From the NCBI GenBank assembly GCA_963735595.1, contig CAVTLK010000002.1, positions 768,001 to 832,000 on the forward strand: a stretch of 64,000 bases of DNA, in the 5' to 3' direction. The position numbers were made by a program, and so were the translations under genes. The notes below the pieces were generated by a model, which did not search any database, had not been told where the DNA came from, and saw nothing but the letters and a program-made list of their open reading frames with translations. The stretch comes from an uncultured delta proteobacterium (GTDB lineage: Bacteria; Desulfobacterota; Zymogenia; Zymogenales; Zymogenaceae). Of the stretch, positions 1-9,722 are shown in pieces (within the stretch, counting starts at the first letter, position 1; each line of letters begins with the position of its first letter).

Positions 1-703
1 GCGGCGGACTACACATCGGAGCGGACGCCGGCGCTCGCGGCGATCCTGCCCGGCGTAAAATCGCTGGTGGTGATGGGCTACCGGGAGATCCACGGGGCCA
101 ACGAGTCGGAAAACGTCCGGGCAGGGATGGCCTCCCGGCTGGGCGGCATGGACTTCGCCCAGGCCAACAACTACCAGATGGCCCGCTTCATCGAGAAGAA
201 CACGAAAACCAAGGCGGCGCCGGTCGCGCCGTCATACCCGCTGAACATGGAGCCGCCGGTGATGGGGATGTACGCCGACGTGTCGCTCAGGCACGCGGCT
301 TTGGCCGCGGGGCTGGGTGCTTTCGGCCGGCATAACCTCATCATCAACCCCGAATACGGCTCCCAGATCGTCTTCACGGCAATCCTGACGGAGCTGCCGC
401 TCTCATCGGACCCGCCGGTGAAGGACGACCTCTGCAACGAGTGCGGGCTGTGCGTCGATAATTGCCCGGGCGGGGCGCTGGCGGAGGAAGGCAAGACCGA
501 CATGATGAAGTGCCTCAAGGCGTCCCAGCCCTACGGCTGTCATGCGCGAGATACGCTACTTCCACAAATTCATCGGCGCGACCCCGGACGAGCAGAAGGC
601 GCTCCTGCGCGACCCGGCGCTGCTGCCGATCTACCAGGCCCAGTTCATCGGTTTTCAGTACCAGTGCTTCAAGTGCATCGCCGTCTGCCCGGCGTGCCAA
701 TAG
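1..703 (+). CDS. QueG/reductive-dehalogenase-like 4Fe-4S dicluster protein (5'-truncated, frameshift ~540)
   Basis: Frame 1 is open from base 1. Motifs RHAALAAGLGAFGRHNL and CNECGLCVDNCP. After a shift near 540 it reads ...FQYQCFKCIAVCPACQ to TAG at 701-703. Confidence 0.75.
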
Positions 704-731
704 TTCCGATATATCAGTAGGGGTCTCGGGT

Positions 732-1625
732 ATGTTCGAGAAAATCGCCGATTCGATAACGCTTGTCCACGGTAAGCTCAAGGGCCGCTTTCCCTACTCG
801 CACTCGGTCGTCATCGAGGGCCCCGAGGGGGCGGCGCTGCTCGACACGGGTTGCGGGGCAGAGAACATCGAAGAGGTAAAGCGGGCCTTTCCGATCAGGA
901 CCGTCATCAACTCCCACGGCCACCCGGACCATTCGGCGGGAAACGGGCGGTTTGACGGCTCGGTCGTCGTCCACATGCCGGAGGAGGGCATCGATACGGG
1001 GGGCAACGTGCGGGCGCTGGCCGACCGGCTTGCCGAGCCGGGGGACCTTGCCGCCTACTGGCGGGAGTGGGTCATCACGACGATGGGATTTATCGACCGG
1101 CGGCCCGACAGGGCATACCGGGAGGGGTCTGAATTCGTCTTCGGAGACGTCCGCCTCGTGGCGCTCGCCACGCCGGGGCACACGGCCGACCATTACTGCC
1201 TCTGGGAACCGGATAAACAGATCCTCTTTTCCTTCGACTACGACCTGACCCCCTTCGGCCCCTGGTACGGCCACCGGGAGTCGGACATCGGGGCGTTCAA
1301 GCGCTCGATCAAGCGTCTTATGGAACTCGATATCAGGGTGCTGGTATCCGGCCACCGGGAGGTCATCACCGGGGGGATTCACGAAGGGTTCTCACGGTAC
1401 CTTGCGGTCTTCGATAAGCGGGAAGGCAGGATCGCCGCGCTGCTGGAGAAGGGCGCCAGGACGATGCCCGAGCTGGTGGATGCCGCGCCGATCTACGGGT
1501 CATATCCCTATGCGGAGCCGCTGCTGCGCTACTGGGAGGGGCAGATGATCGAGAAACACCTGGCCGATCTGATTGAAAGGGGGGCGGTGAGCTGCGGTTC
1601 GGACGGGGCGTACGCACTCGCGTAG
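732..1625 (+). CDS. MBL-fold metallo-hydrolase
   Basis: SHGHPDH, TPGHT and SGH motifs; ATG at 732. Confidence 0.85.
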   Translation: MFEKIADSITLVHGKLKGRFPYSHSVVIEGPEGAALLDTGCGAENIEEVKRAFPIRTVINSHGHPDHSAGNGRFDGSVVVHMPEEGIDTGGNVRALADRLAEPGDLAAYWREWVITTMGFIDRRPDRAYREGSEFVFGDVRLVALATPGHTADHYCLWEPDKQILFSFDYDLTPFGPWYGHRESDIGAFKRSIKRLMELDIRVLVSGHREVITGGIHEGFSRYLAVFDKREGRIAALLEKGARTMPELVDAAPIYGSYPYAEPLLRYWEGQMIEKHLADLIERGAVSCGSDGAYALA

Positions 1626-1666
1626 CGGACGCGCCGCCGGTTTGGCGGCGCAAGCATCCAAGAGGA

Positions 1667-1931
1667 TTAAATCCGGCTTTCGGAGTCGATGGACTGCATG
1701 AGCATGACGTCAACGACGGCAAGCTCATAGAAGGCGCAGGATTCGAGGATCTCCGGGGCTCACCTTGCTTTCGTATACCCGTCTGCCATGCTCGATTTCT
1801 TTTTCCAGCAGGCCAAAAAGGATGTCGTTTTTCAAGCCCTCTTTTATCTTCTTGACGTTGTAGACGGTGATATCCGAGATGATGGTTCGGGCGAGTCGTC
1901 GGGCATGATCGCGGTCTGTTATCAATTCCAT
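1667..1931 (-). CDS. Small conserved hypothetical protein (frameshift in C-run ~1755)
   Basis: MELITDRDHARRLARTIISDITVYN...; removing one base gives ...VSPEILESCAFYELAVVDVMLMQSIDSESRI* ending at 1667. Confidence 0.65.
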
Positions 1932-2257
1932 ACGGTATACCTTAAAAAAACCTAATAATAGTGTACTGATGAACAATTATAATGCAATTCGCGTGCCATA
2001 AGCCGTGAAAATCTCCGAGTGGGGAGGTAATATGGGGGTAATGCATTATTTCCGTATCTTTTGGGGCCGATTATACGGCTATTTAGGCGTCCAAAACAGG
2101 ATCGGGCGCGCCGCGTGGTGAATCGTTGCAGAAAAAGGGAGGCGTGTTGAATAATATACAAAATAATGTAATCGACTACGTTACTCTATATGATGACTCC
2201 AGTTAATAGTCCATTACGATATCAGTATCTATTATGTCATGTCGATATTTGAGCATG

Positions 2258-3361
2258 TTAATAGACCGTCCGCGCTTCAGTTGCACAAATGTAACGCGCA
2301 ACGCTGCACGAAACGCTCAGGTCAGTGAAGAGATGAGGGTACGGAAGGCGTGACGATAACGGAGTAGGACGCCAATGTAAACATCTCCCGCCAGCGAAAA
2401 TCGACGTAACGATCCGGTGCAGGCCGCCCGCGGCGGCGAGCGATGTCAGGGAGCGCAGCGTCGCCGTAAAGAAGTCGATGATCCGTGCGACGTAGCGTTT
2501 CCGGTCGGCGAAATAGGCCCCGCAGTGGTCGACCTCCGGCTCCTCCCAGAGCTCCTTGGGAAAAGGCAGGGCCTCGTAGACGGACCGCTGCTGGGCGGGC
2601 GGGATTACGGAGTCGCGCCCCGAGACGATCACCAGAGACCGCCGTGACCCGAAGGCGACGGGCCGAGCCGGGAATGTCCATCCTCGCCGAGGTCCAATCC
2701 GTAAAGGAGCAGTCGCCCACATCCGGGTAAGCACGGGGATAAGCAGCGCCCGGGTGATGGGAAAGAACCGTCGCATACCGGCGCGCATCATGGCCTCCGG
2801 CCGCGCAAAGGGGCAGTCGGCCACCAGCGACAGCACCCGGGAGTCCCGCGCCGCCGTAACGACGGCAACGGCGGCCCCCAGGGAAAAGCCGATGATCCCG
2901 ATCTGTGCGCCCGGGATTCGGGCGGCGGCATAGCCGACGGCCGCCGCGGCGTCAACGGCCTCCCGCCGCCCAGGCCCATGGGGGCGGGGCGCTCTTCGCC
3001 CCGGCCGCGGAAGTCGAACAATAATACGTGAAACCCCGCCTTTGCCAGACAGACTCCCGACGCCCAGCAGGTCGCTCTTGATGCCCGACCTTCCCGTCAG
3101 GCCCACCACCACCCGGTTCCCGCGTCCGACCAGCCACCAGCCGGAAAGCTCGATACCGTCGGCCGTCATAAAGGAGACCCGCTCGAAGTCCACGCCCGTC
3201 TCGAAGGGGGTGAAGACGTAGTCGTCCAGATAGGTCTTTTTCCTCGGGCGGCAGAGGTATAGGGCGAGGATCAGGGCGGCGGTCACATTCAGGGCGAAGA
3301 TGACGGCCGCAAACGTCACGAGCGTTTCGAGTATGAAAGAACATCGGAGCGATTTTGCCAC
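2258..3361 (-). CDS. Membrane-anchored alpha/beta hydrolase (internal frameshifts; both ends uncertain)
   Basis: N-terminal TM segment, DGIELSGWW, FDFRGRGE (alternate frame), GFSLG nucleophile elbow, GRDSVIP Asp, VDHC His. Confidence 0.75.
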   Translation of the reverse strand: MAKSLRCSFILETLVTFAAVIFALNVTAALILALYLCRPRKKTYLDDYVFTPFETGVDFERVSFMTADGIELSGWWLVGRGNRVVVGLTGRSGIKSDLLGVGSLSGKGGVSRIIVRLPRPGRRAPRPHGPGRREAVDAAAAVGYAAARIPGAQIGIIGFSLGAAVAVVTAARDSRVLSLVADCPFARPEAMMRAGMRRFFPITRALLIPVLTRMWATAPLRIGPRRGWTFPARPVAFGSRRSLVIVSGRDSVIPPAQQRSVYEALPFPKELWEEPEVDHCGAYFADRKRYVARIIDFFTATLRSLTSLAAAGGLHRIVTSIFAGGRCLHWRPTPLSSRLPYPHLFTDLSVSCSVARYICATEARTVY

Positions 3362-3569
3362 CTCACCATGATGCGCGGTGATACTTCATTTCCTTGCAGG
3401 GGCCAGGGAGAAAATGGGCGACCGAGACCGTCGAGGAATCGGATACGGGTGACCGCCGCCCCGCTGACGGTCGGATATTCAGCCGCTGCCCCGGCGGCGG
3501 TCGATTATATCACGATTGTCGTCAGACGGGTCATTTTCGGGATAAATATGACCGCGGGTACAATTTACC

Positions 3570-3615
3570 TTGACAAATCGGGAGCAATGTCATAGAGTTT
3601 TGATTGACAAATCAA
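3570..3615 (+). promoter_or_regulatory. Sigma70-type promoter and candidate TetR operator
   Basis: TTGACA(3570)-17-TAGAGT(3593), followed by inverted repeat TTGATT-gaca-AATCAA (3600-3615) upstream of tetR. Confidence 0.55.
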
Positions 3616-3676
3616 TCTACATGCAGAGTCGTCCCGACTCAACCGTTGTCCTATCAGAAGAGTGATGATACGCCCT

Positions 3677-4315
3677 ATGACACAAGAAAAGAACACGACA
3701 GGCCAGGCGGAGCAGATCATCGAGTCCCCCGAAAAGACCGAGCTCATCCTTGATGCGGCCGTGAAGGTCTTTGCCGATAAGGGCTACTACGGCGCCCGGG
3801 TCTCGGACATCGCCCAGGAAGCGGGGATCGCCTACGGACTGGTCTATCACTACTTCAAGAACAAAGAGGACCTCCTTATCTCGATCTTTAGACACCGCTG
3901 GGGCCAGTTTGACCAGGCCGTAAGGAAGATCATGGAAGAGAAGGACGATCCGCGCCTGATGATTCACTCTATCATCTCGTTTCTCTTCCATTCCTACAAG
4001 AACAACCCGAAGGTGATCGAGGTGATGATCCTCGACGTTGCCAAGAGCACCCGTTTCTTCAACGGTGAAAATATTAAGCAGTTCACGGATCTCTTTACGC
4101 TTATATCCGATATTGTGCTCCGAGGGCAGGAGCAGGGGATATTTAAGAAAGACCTCGATGCGAAGCTGGCCGCGTATTGCCTGTACGGTTCGGTGGAACG
4201 GATCATGCTCCGATGGTTATTGGAGGACAAAAAAGTAATTACCGACCAGGAGGCCCGGTCGGCGACCGAGATGGTCACCACCATTATCCTTTCCGGTCTT
4301 GAGCAAAACGGTTAG
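3677..4315 (+). CDS. TetR/AcrR family regulator (FadR-like)
   Basis: ILDAAVKVFADKGYYGARVSDIAQEAGIAYGLVYHYFKNKEDL HTH; upstream of two acyl-CoA dehydrogenases. Confidence 0.9.
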   Translation: MTQEKNTTGQAEQIIESPEKTELILDAAVKVFADKGYYGARVSDIAQEAGIAYGLVYHYFKNKEDLLISIFRHRWGQFDQAVRKIMEEKDDPRLMIHSIISFLFHSYKNNPKVIEVMILDVAKSTRFFNGENIKQFTDLFTLISDIVLRGQEQGIFKKDLDAKLAAYCLYGSVERIMLRWLLEDKKVITDQEARSATEMVTTIILSGLEQNG

Positions 4316-4329
4316 TAGAGGAGGATTTC

Positions 4330-5478
4330 ATGGATTTCGCGTTTACGGACGAACAGCTTGCCTTCAGGGATCAGGTCCTCAAATTCTCTCAAAAGGAGAT
4401 CGCGCCCGCTGGCAGAGGAGTATGACTACAAGGGCGAGTGGTGTTGGGAGTCCTGGAAAAAAATGGGCGAATTCGGGCTGCTGGGCCTCCACTTTCCCGA
4501 GGAATACGGCGGCTCCGGGGCCGACGTGGTTACCTCGTGCCTGGCCGCCGAGGCCCTCGCGGAGGGGGGCGCCGACGGCGGGCTGACGCTGTCGTGGGGT
4601 GCCCATACCTATCTCTCGGCCGACACCATCTACCAGCACGGGACGGACGAGCAGAAAAAAAAGTACGTCGCCAAGATGGCCACGGGTGAGTGGATAGGGT
4701 GTATGGCCCTCACCGAGCCGAACGCCGGCTCGGACGCCGCCTCCATCACTACGACGGCGGTCAAGAAGGGGGATCGGTGGATTCTCAACGGGACGAAGAT
4801 GTTCATCACCAACGGCCCCATTGCCGACATATGCGTATGCTACGCCGTCACCGACAAGGAAAAGAAACACATGGGGATCTCGGCGTTCATCGTCGAGAAA
4901 GGTTTCAAGGGCTTTTCGGTGAGCAAGACCCTCAAGAAGATGGGGGTCAAGACCTCTACGACGGCCGAGCTCGTCTTCGAGGACTGCGAGGTGCCCGAGG
5001 AAAACCTCCTGGGCACGCTCAATAACGGCTTTCCGATGACCCTGCAGACGCTCGAATGGGACCGCTCGGCGCTGCTGGCCCCCTTCGTGGGAGGGATGGA
5101 GTTCGTCCTGAAGCAGTCCAGCCAGTACGCCAAACAACGCGTCCAGTTCGGCAAATCGATCAGCGAATTCCAGGCCGTCCAGAAGAAGCTTGCCGACATC
5201 AAGTGCTTCGTCGAGGCGGCCGGCTGTTGGTCTATCGCGTCGCCTGGAACAAGGACCAGGGCAAATCCATGAACCATATGGAGGCGGCCTGCGCGAAGCT
5301 CTGGGTCGGCGACTGGGGTATGTCAGCGATCTCCGAGGCCGTCCAGATTCACGGCGGCTATGGATTCATGCACGAATACCCGGTGGAGCGGGTCTTCAGG
5401 GATACGAAGCTGGCGCAGATCGGCGGCGGAACCTCGGAGATTCAGCGATTTATTATCTCCAGACTCCTGTTGGCATAG
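4330..5478 (+). CDS. Acyl-CoA dehydrogenase (frameshifts ~4390, ~5225)
   Basis: MDFAFTDEQLAFRD start with GAGG RBS; LTEPNAGSD, NGTKMFITNG, RVQFGK, QIHGGYG, IGGGTSEIQR. Confidence 0.9.
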
Positions 5479-5488
5479 GGAGGACAAT

Positions 5489-6662
5489 ATGGATTACGGA
5501 CTAAACAAGGAACAGTTGGCCCTGCAGGATTCGTTCAGGAAGTTCTGCGAGAAAGAGATAAAGCCCAACGCCGACCTCCTGGACAAGGCGGATCCGGCCA
5601 AGGCAACGGAGCATCCTCAAGAAAAAACTTAAAGAAGCTGGCCGAGATCGGCTACACCGGCCTCTTTCACGACGAAAAATACGGCGGTACCGGCAAGGAC
5701 CTCATCACGCAGAGCGTCGCGCAGGAGGAGCTGGCCAAGGTGTGCGCGGCCACGTATCTTTCCGTCGGCGCAAGCATCGGGTCTGTGCGGAATTCCCATC
5801 GCCATCTTCGGGACCGAAGAGCAGAAAAAGAAATATCTCCCCGAAGCTGATCACGACCGGACTGATCGGCTGCTTCGGGCTCACGGAGCCGGAGGCCGGT
5901 TCGGACGCGATCAGCATATAGACCACGGCGGTCAAGAAGGGCAAACAACTGGGTGCTCAACGGCACCAAGACGTTTATCACCAACGGCCCCATCGCCGAT
6001 GTCGCCGTCGTCATGGCAAAGACCGACCCGGACGGGAGGTAAGGGGACGCAACGTCTCGTCGTTTATCGTCGAAAAGGGGACAAAGGGATTTTCGATCGG
6101 AAAGCCGATGGACAAGATGGGCTACCGCGGATCGCCCACCTCCGAGCTGATCTTCGAGGAGTGCGAGATCCCGGCGGCGAACCTGCTCGGCAAGGAAAAC
6201 GAGGGATTCATGCAGGCCATGAAGACGCTCGAATACGGAAGGATCGGTATGGCAATGGTCTGCCTCGGCGTTTCGATGGCATGCATGGAAGAGTCGATCA
6301 AGTACGCCAAGGAGCGCACCCAGTTCGGGCGGCCTATCTCGAAGTTCCAGATGATCGGTTTCAAGATCGCCGACATGAAGCTGTTGACCGATACGGCGCG
6401 CCTGTTGATCTACAAGGCGGCGTGGCTCAAGGACATCAACGATCCAGCCGCGGCCACGACGGCCTCGATCGCAAAGCTCGTGGCCTCGGAGACGTCCACC
6501 CAGATAGCCAGCTCGGCGGTGCAGATCCACGGCGGCTACGGATACATGAAGGAGTACCTCGTCGAGCGGCTCTACCGGGACGCCAAGCTCGGAGAGATCG
6601 GCGAGGGGACTTCGGAGATCCAGCGGATCCTCATCGCGCGTGACGTGCTCGCAAAATACTAA
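5489..6662 (+). CDS. Acyl-CoA dehydrogenase (several frameshifts 5620-6060)
   Basis: MDYGLNKEQ start; [52 protein letters not shown]. Confidence 0.9.
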
Positions 6663-6742
6663 CACGGGATACGGGGGGGCGTCACGGTCCTGAAACCTCA
6701 GGAAGACCCTCCGGAACGTTTCAGACCAACGATTCACTCACA

Positions 6743-6776
6743 GACAACAGGGGCGGCCTATGCCGCCCCTGTTGTC
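6743..6776 (+). terminator. Rho-independent terminator-like hairpin
   Basis: GACAACAGGGGCGGC-ctat-GCCGCCCCTGTTGTC: perfect 15-bp stem downstream of the acyl-CoA dehydrogenase operon. Confidence 0.7.
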
Positions 6777-6926
6777 GTTTCTATTATGGTACCTTCCTGT
6801 TGCGGTATTCCGGCTGTTCGGGTAACCGGGGAAGGCCGGAAGGTACCGTTTAAAGAAATTTTTTTATTTGTAATTACCCTACGATTTATATTAGACTGAT
6901 AGCCGGTATTGATGGAGGTGGCGGCT

Positions 6927-7481
6927 ATGAAAAGAACCGGTATCGTCAGGCGATTCGTTATTCCTCTCATTATCGTGGTCGGCGTTATGGCTGCGGCAAG
7001 CTTTATCTTTCACGGTGCGCGTATGCTCTCCCCGGGGACGGCGCGCACCGCGCTGCTCTGGATTTCCGGGCCGCTCATGTTCATCTCAATCTGGTTTTTC
7101 GGGTTTGTTGGGACGCCGATCGCCTATTTTTCGGGCGCACGGTTCGTCGAGCGGCTTATCGTTGCGTTTGCCAACCCGGTTATCTGGGTCGCGCGGATGA
7201 TAGCGAAGGTATCGTGTCAGTTCGGCCCGATAGAGCTTGTCTATTTCTTTTTTCTGCCCTGGACGTTTGGTATCATCTGCATGACGCTCCTGGAGTTTTC
7301 CGTCTCCGAGATCGTCTGCCGGTCCATCGACCGGCGGCGCGGGGGTGCGGCGCGGGTGCTGTCACCCGTGGTACTGGTGCTGTTGTTCCTGGGGCTTGCC
7401 GGCACCTATTTCGGCTTCGTCAGGGGGCAGGAATGGGTATACATGATCGTGCATAGCTACGCCCTTCATTTCTTACAGTAA
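6927..7481 (+). CDS. Hypothetical multi-pass membrane protein
   Basis: GGAGG RBS before ATG; about five hydrophobic segments; 15 bp upstream of the sulfatase. Confidence 0.7.
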   Translation: MKRTGIVRRFVIPLIIVVGVMAAASFIFHGARMLSPGTARTALLWISGPLMFISIWFFGFVGTPIAYFSGARFVERLIVAFANPVIWVARMIAKVSCQFGPIELVYFFFLPWTFGIICMTLLEFSVSEIVCRSIDRRRGGAARVLSPVVLVLLFLGLAGTYFGFVRGQEWVYMIVHSYALHFLQ

Positions 7482-7496
7482 ACCGGGAGTAAGACG

Positions 7497-8924
7497 ATGA
7501 GTAATATAGATAACAAAAAAGGTTCTGCCGGTGCGCTGACCCGCCGGGACGCCCTCAAGGCGATCGGCACGGCGGCGGCCCTCGGGATCGGCGGTTTTAC
7601 CCTCGGGGAGCAGCTGTTTGCCCAGGCGGGAGCGAAACGGCCCAATATACTGTTCATCCTTACCGATGATCACCGGGCCGACTGCATGGGCGCGATGGGT
7701 CACCCCTTCCTGAAAACCCCAAATATGGACCGCATTGCCGCCGAGGGAGTGCTCTTCGAAAACGCGTTCGTGACGACCTCGCTGTGCAGCCCGTCCCGCG
7801 CGTCGTTCCTGACAGGGCAATACGCCTCCGTCCACGGGGTGATCAACAATTTCTCGCGCTGGGACGAAGACAGAAACATCACCTTCCTCCAGCACCTGAA
7901 AGAGGCGGCGGGTTATGATACGGCGTTTATCGGCAAGTGGCATATGCCGGGGGGAGGACTTCCGCGGCTCCCGGGCGTTGACCTCTTCGTTTCATTCACG
8001 AAAAAGGACGGGCAGGGCGACTACTACAATTGCCCTATCTATAAAAACGGCGAGCTTGTCACCGGGCCGCGCAACCCCTACATTACCGAAGACCTAACCG
8101 ACTACGCTCTTGAGTATATCTCCGAGGAGCGCACTAAACCCTTTGCCCTCTACCTCTCCCACAAGGCGGTCCACCATGACTGGCGGCCTCCCCAACATCT
8201 GGCCGGGATCTACAAGGACGCCGACCTCTCGTTCCTGGCCCCGGAATCGGACACCTTCGATACGTGGACAGGCAACAACTGGCTGGAAGGAACGATGGGG
8301 CTCATGCACCCGGTATACCGGCGCTATTGCGAGTGCATAACCTCTGTGGATGAGCAGCTCGGCAGGGTTCTCGCCCTCCTGGAACAGAGGGGAATCCTTG
8401 ACGATACGGTAATCGTCTACTGCGGCGACAACGGCTATATCTGGGGTGAACACCGGCTCTACGCGAAGCACTGGCCCTACGAAGAATCGATCCGCATTCC
8501 CTACCTCGTGCGATACGGCAACTACATCCCCGATCCCGGCCGGCGCGCCGCCCACATGGCGCTCAATATCGACCTTGCCCCGACACTCCTGGAGCTTGCC
8601 GGAGTCAGACCCGCGCCTGCAATGCAGGGGGAAAGCCTCGCGCCGATCCTTCGTTCGGCCGATTCACCCTCCAGGCACGCCTTTATCTATGAACTCTTCA
8701 AGGACTTTCCATTTGGGGGCAGGGTGCCGCCTCACAAAGCGCTGAGGACCGAGCGGTACAAGTACATCGAATGGGAGGAGTGCAGAACGCCGGAGCTGTA
8801 CGATCTCGCGTCGGACGCGCGGGAGATGAGAAACCTTATCGGGACCACGGATGGAGAGAAACTCGTCGGCGGCCTGAAGAACGAGCTGGCGGCCTTGAAG
8901 GAAAAATATTCCATCCGCCTGTAG
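7497..8924 (+). CDS. Tat-exported Cys-type sulfatase (S1 family)
   Basis: TRRDALK twin-arginine signal, RPNILFILTDD, CSPSR, GKWH, GDNG. Confidence 0.9.
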   Translation: MSNIDNKKGSAGALTRRDALKAIGTAAALGIGGFTLGEQLFAQAGAKRPNILFILTDDHRADCMGAMGHPFLKTPNMDRIAAEGVLFENAFVTTSLCSPSRASFLTGQYASVHGVINNFSRWDEDRNITFLQHLKEAAGYDTAFIGKWHMPGGGLPRLPGVDLFVSFTKKDGQGDYYNCPIYKNGELVTGPRNPYITEDLTDYALEYISEERTKPFALYLSHKAVHHDWRPPQHLAGIYKDADLSFLAPESDTFDTWTGNNWLEGTMGLMHPVYRRYCECITSVDEQLGRVLALLEQRGILDDTVIVYCGDNGYIWGEHRLYAKHWPYEESIRIPYLVRYGNYIPDPGRRAAHMALNIDLAPTLLELAGVRPAPAMQGESLAPILRSADSPSRHAFIYELFKDFPFGGRVPPHKALRTERYKYIEWEECRTPELYDLASDAREMRNLIGTTDGEKLVGGLKNELAALKEKYSIRL

Positions 8925-8938
8925 CCACCGGAGGCAAC

Positions 8939-9566
8939 ATGCTCGAATCAAGGAAGATACCGAACAATTTCCTCCATTTCACTCTCAGGGGCATACACGA
9001 TATCATGGGGACAAACGGCCTGAACGCGATCCTGAACATCACGGGGCTCGTAAAGTTCAGGGATAACTATTCCACCGAACAACGAAGAAATCGGGCCCGA
9101 CGCCGCCGACATCGGGAGGCTTGTGAGGGGAGCAATCGACCTGATCGGGCAGAACGGCGTCAAGGCGATCCTGCAGAAAGCCGGTCATAGCGGTTACCGA
9201 ATGTCGCTGGATGAAGCCCCGGAGCTGATGGGCGCTCTCGGCGCGGAACTGAAGAAGCTCCCGAACGACCGGGAACGGATTGCCTCCCTCATGGGGGCGA
9301 TCACCTATGACGCCAACCGGATATTCGGGGATGGGCACCAGGAGCTGATTCCGATCGAGGACGGCTTCGAGGTGAGGATCGCCGAATGCGAATGGTGCTG
9401 GGGGATTACCGGTATGTCGCGACCCGTCTGTTTTACGGAGCTGGGCCTTGAAGAAGAGGCGATTCTCTGGGCGACGGGGAAATCGTACGAGGTAACGGAG
9501 ATCGCCTGCCGCGCGATGGGTGCCGAACGCTGCATCTTTCGTATCACGGGCCTCGGCGGAGGATGA
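8939..9566 (+). CDS. V4R-domain protein (frameshift ~9070)
   Basis: IMGTNGLNAILN N-terminus; CEWC...PVCF...EVTEIACRAMGAERCIFRI V4R C-terminus. Confidence 0.8.
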
Positions 9567-9722
9567 ACCGGGGCATTGCCCGGGTCCGGTGATTTCGGGG
9601 ATGCCTTTGTTTAGCGGCGCCTCCTTCAGCATCGGAAAAAGGAGTAAGCAGGTATCGCATTGTGCACGCTAATCCGGGTGTTACGCCGGATTGTGCCGCT
9701 CGTCCTCGATCACCGCCTGCCG

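Noticed and set aside
1..703. Reductive dehalogenase
   Set aside because: Only the shared QueG-like/Fe-S region is visible, the gene is truncated, and no membrane-anchor gene is adjacent in the window.
1932..2400. ncRNA or operator array in the AT-rich intergenic region (AATGTAA occurs three times)
   Set aside because: The matches are short and irregularly spaced, with no convincing structure.
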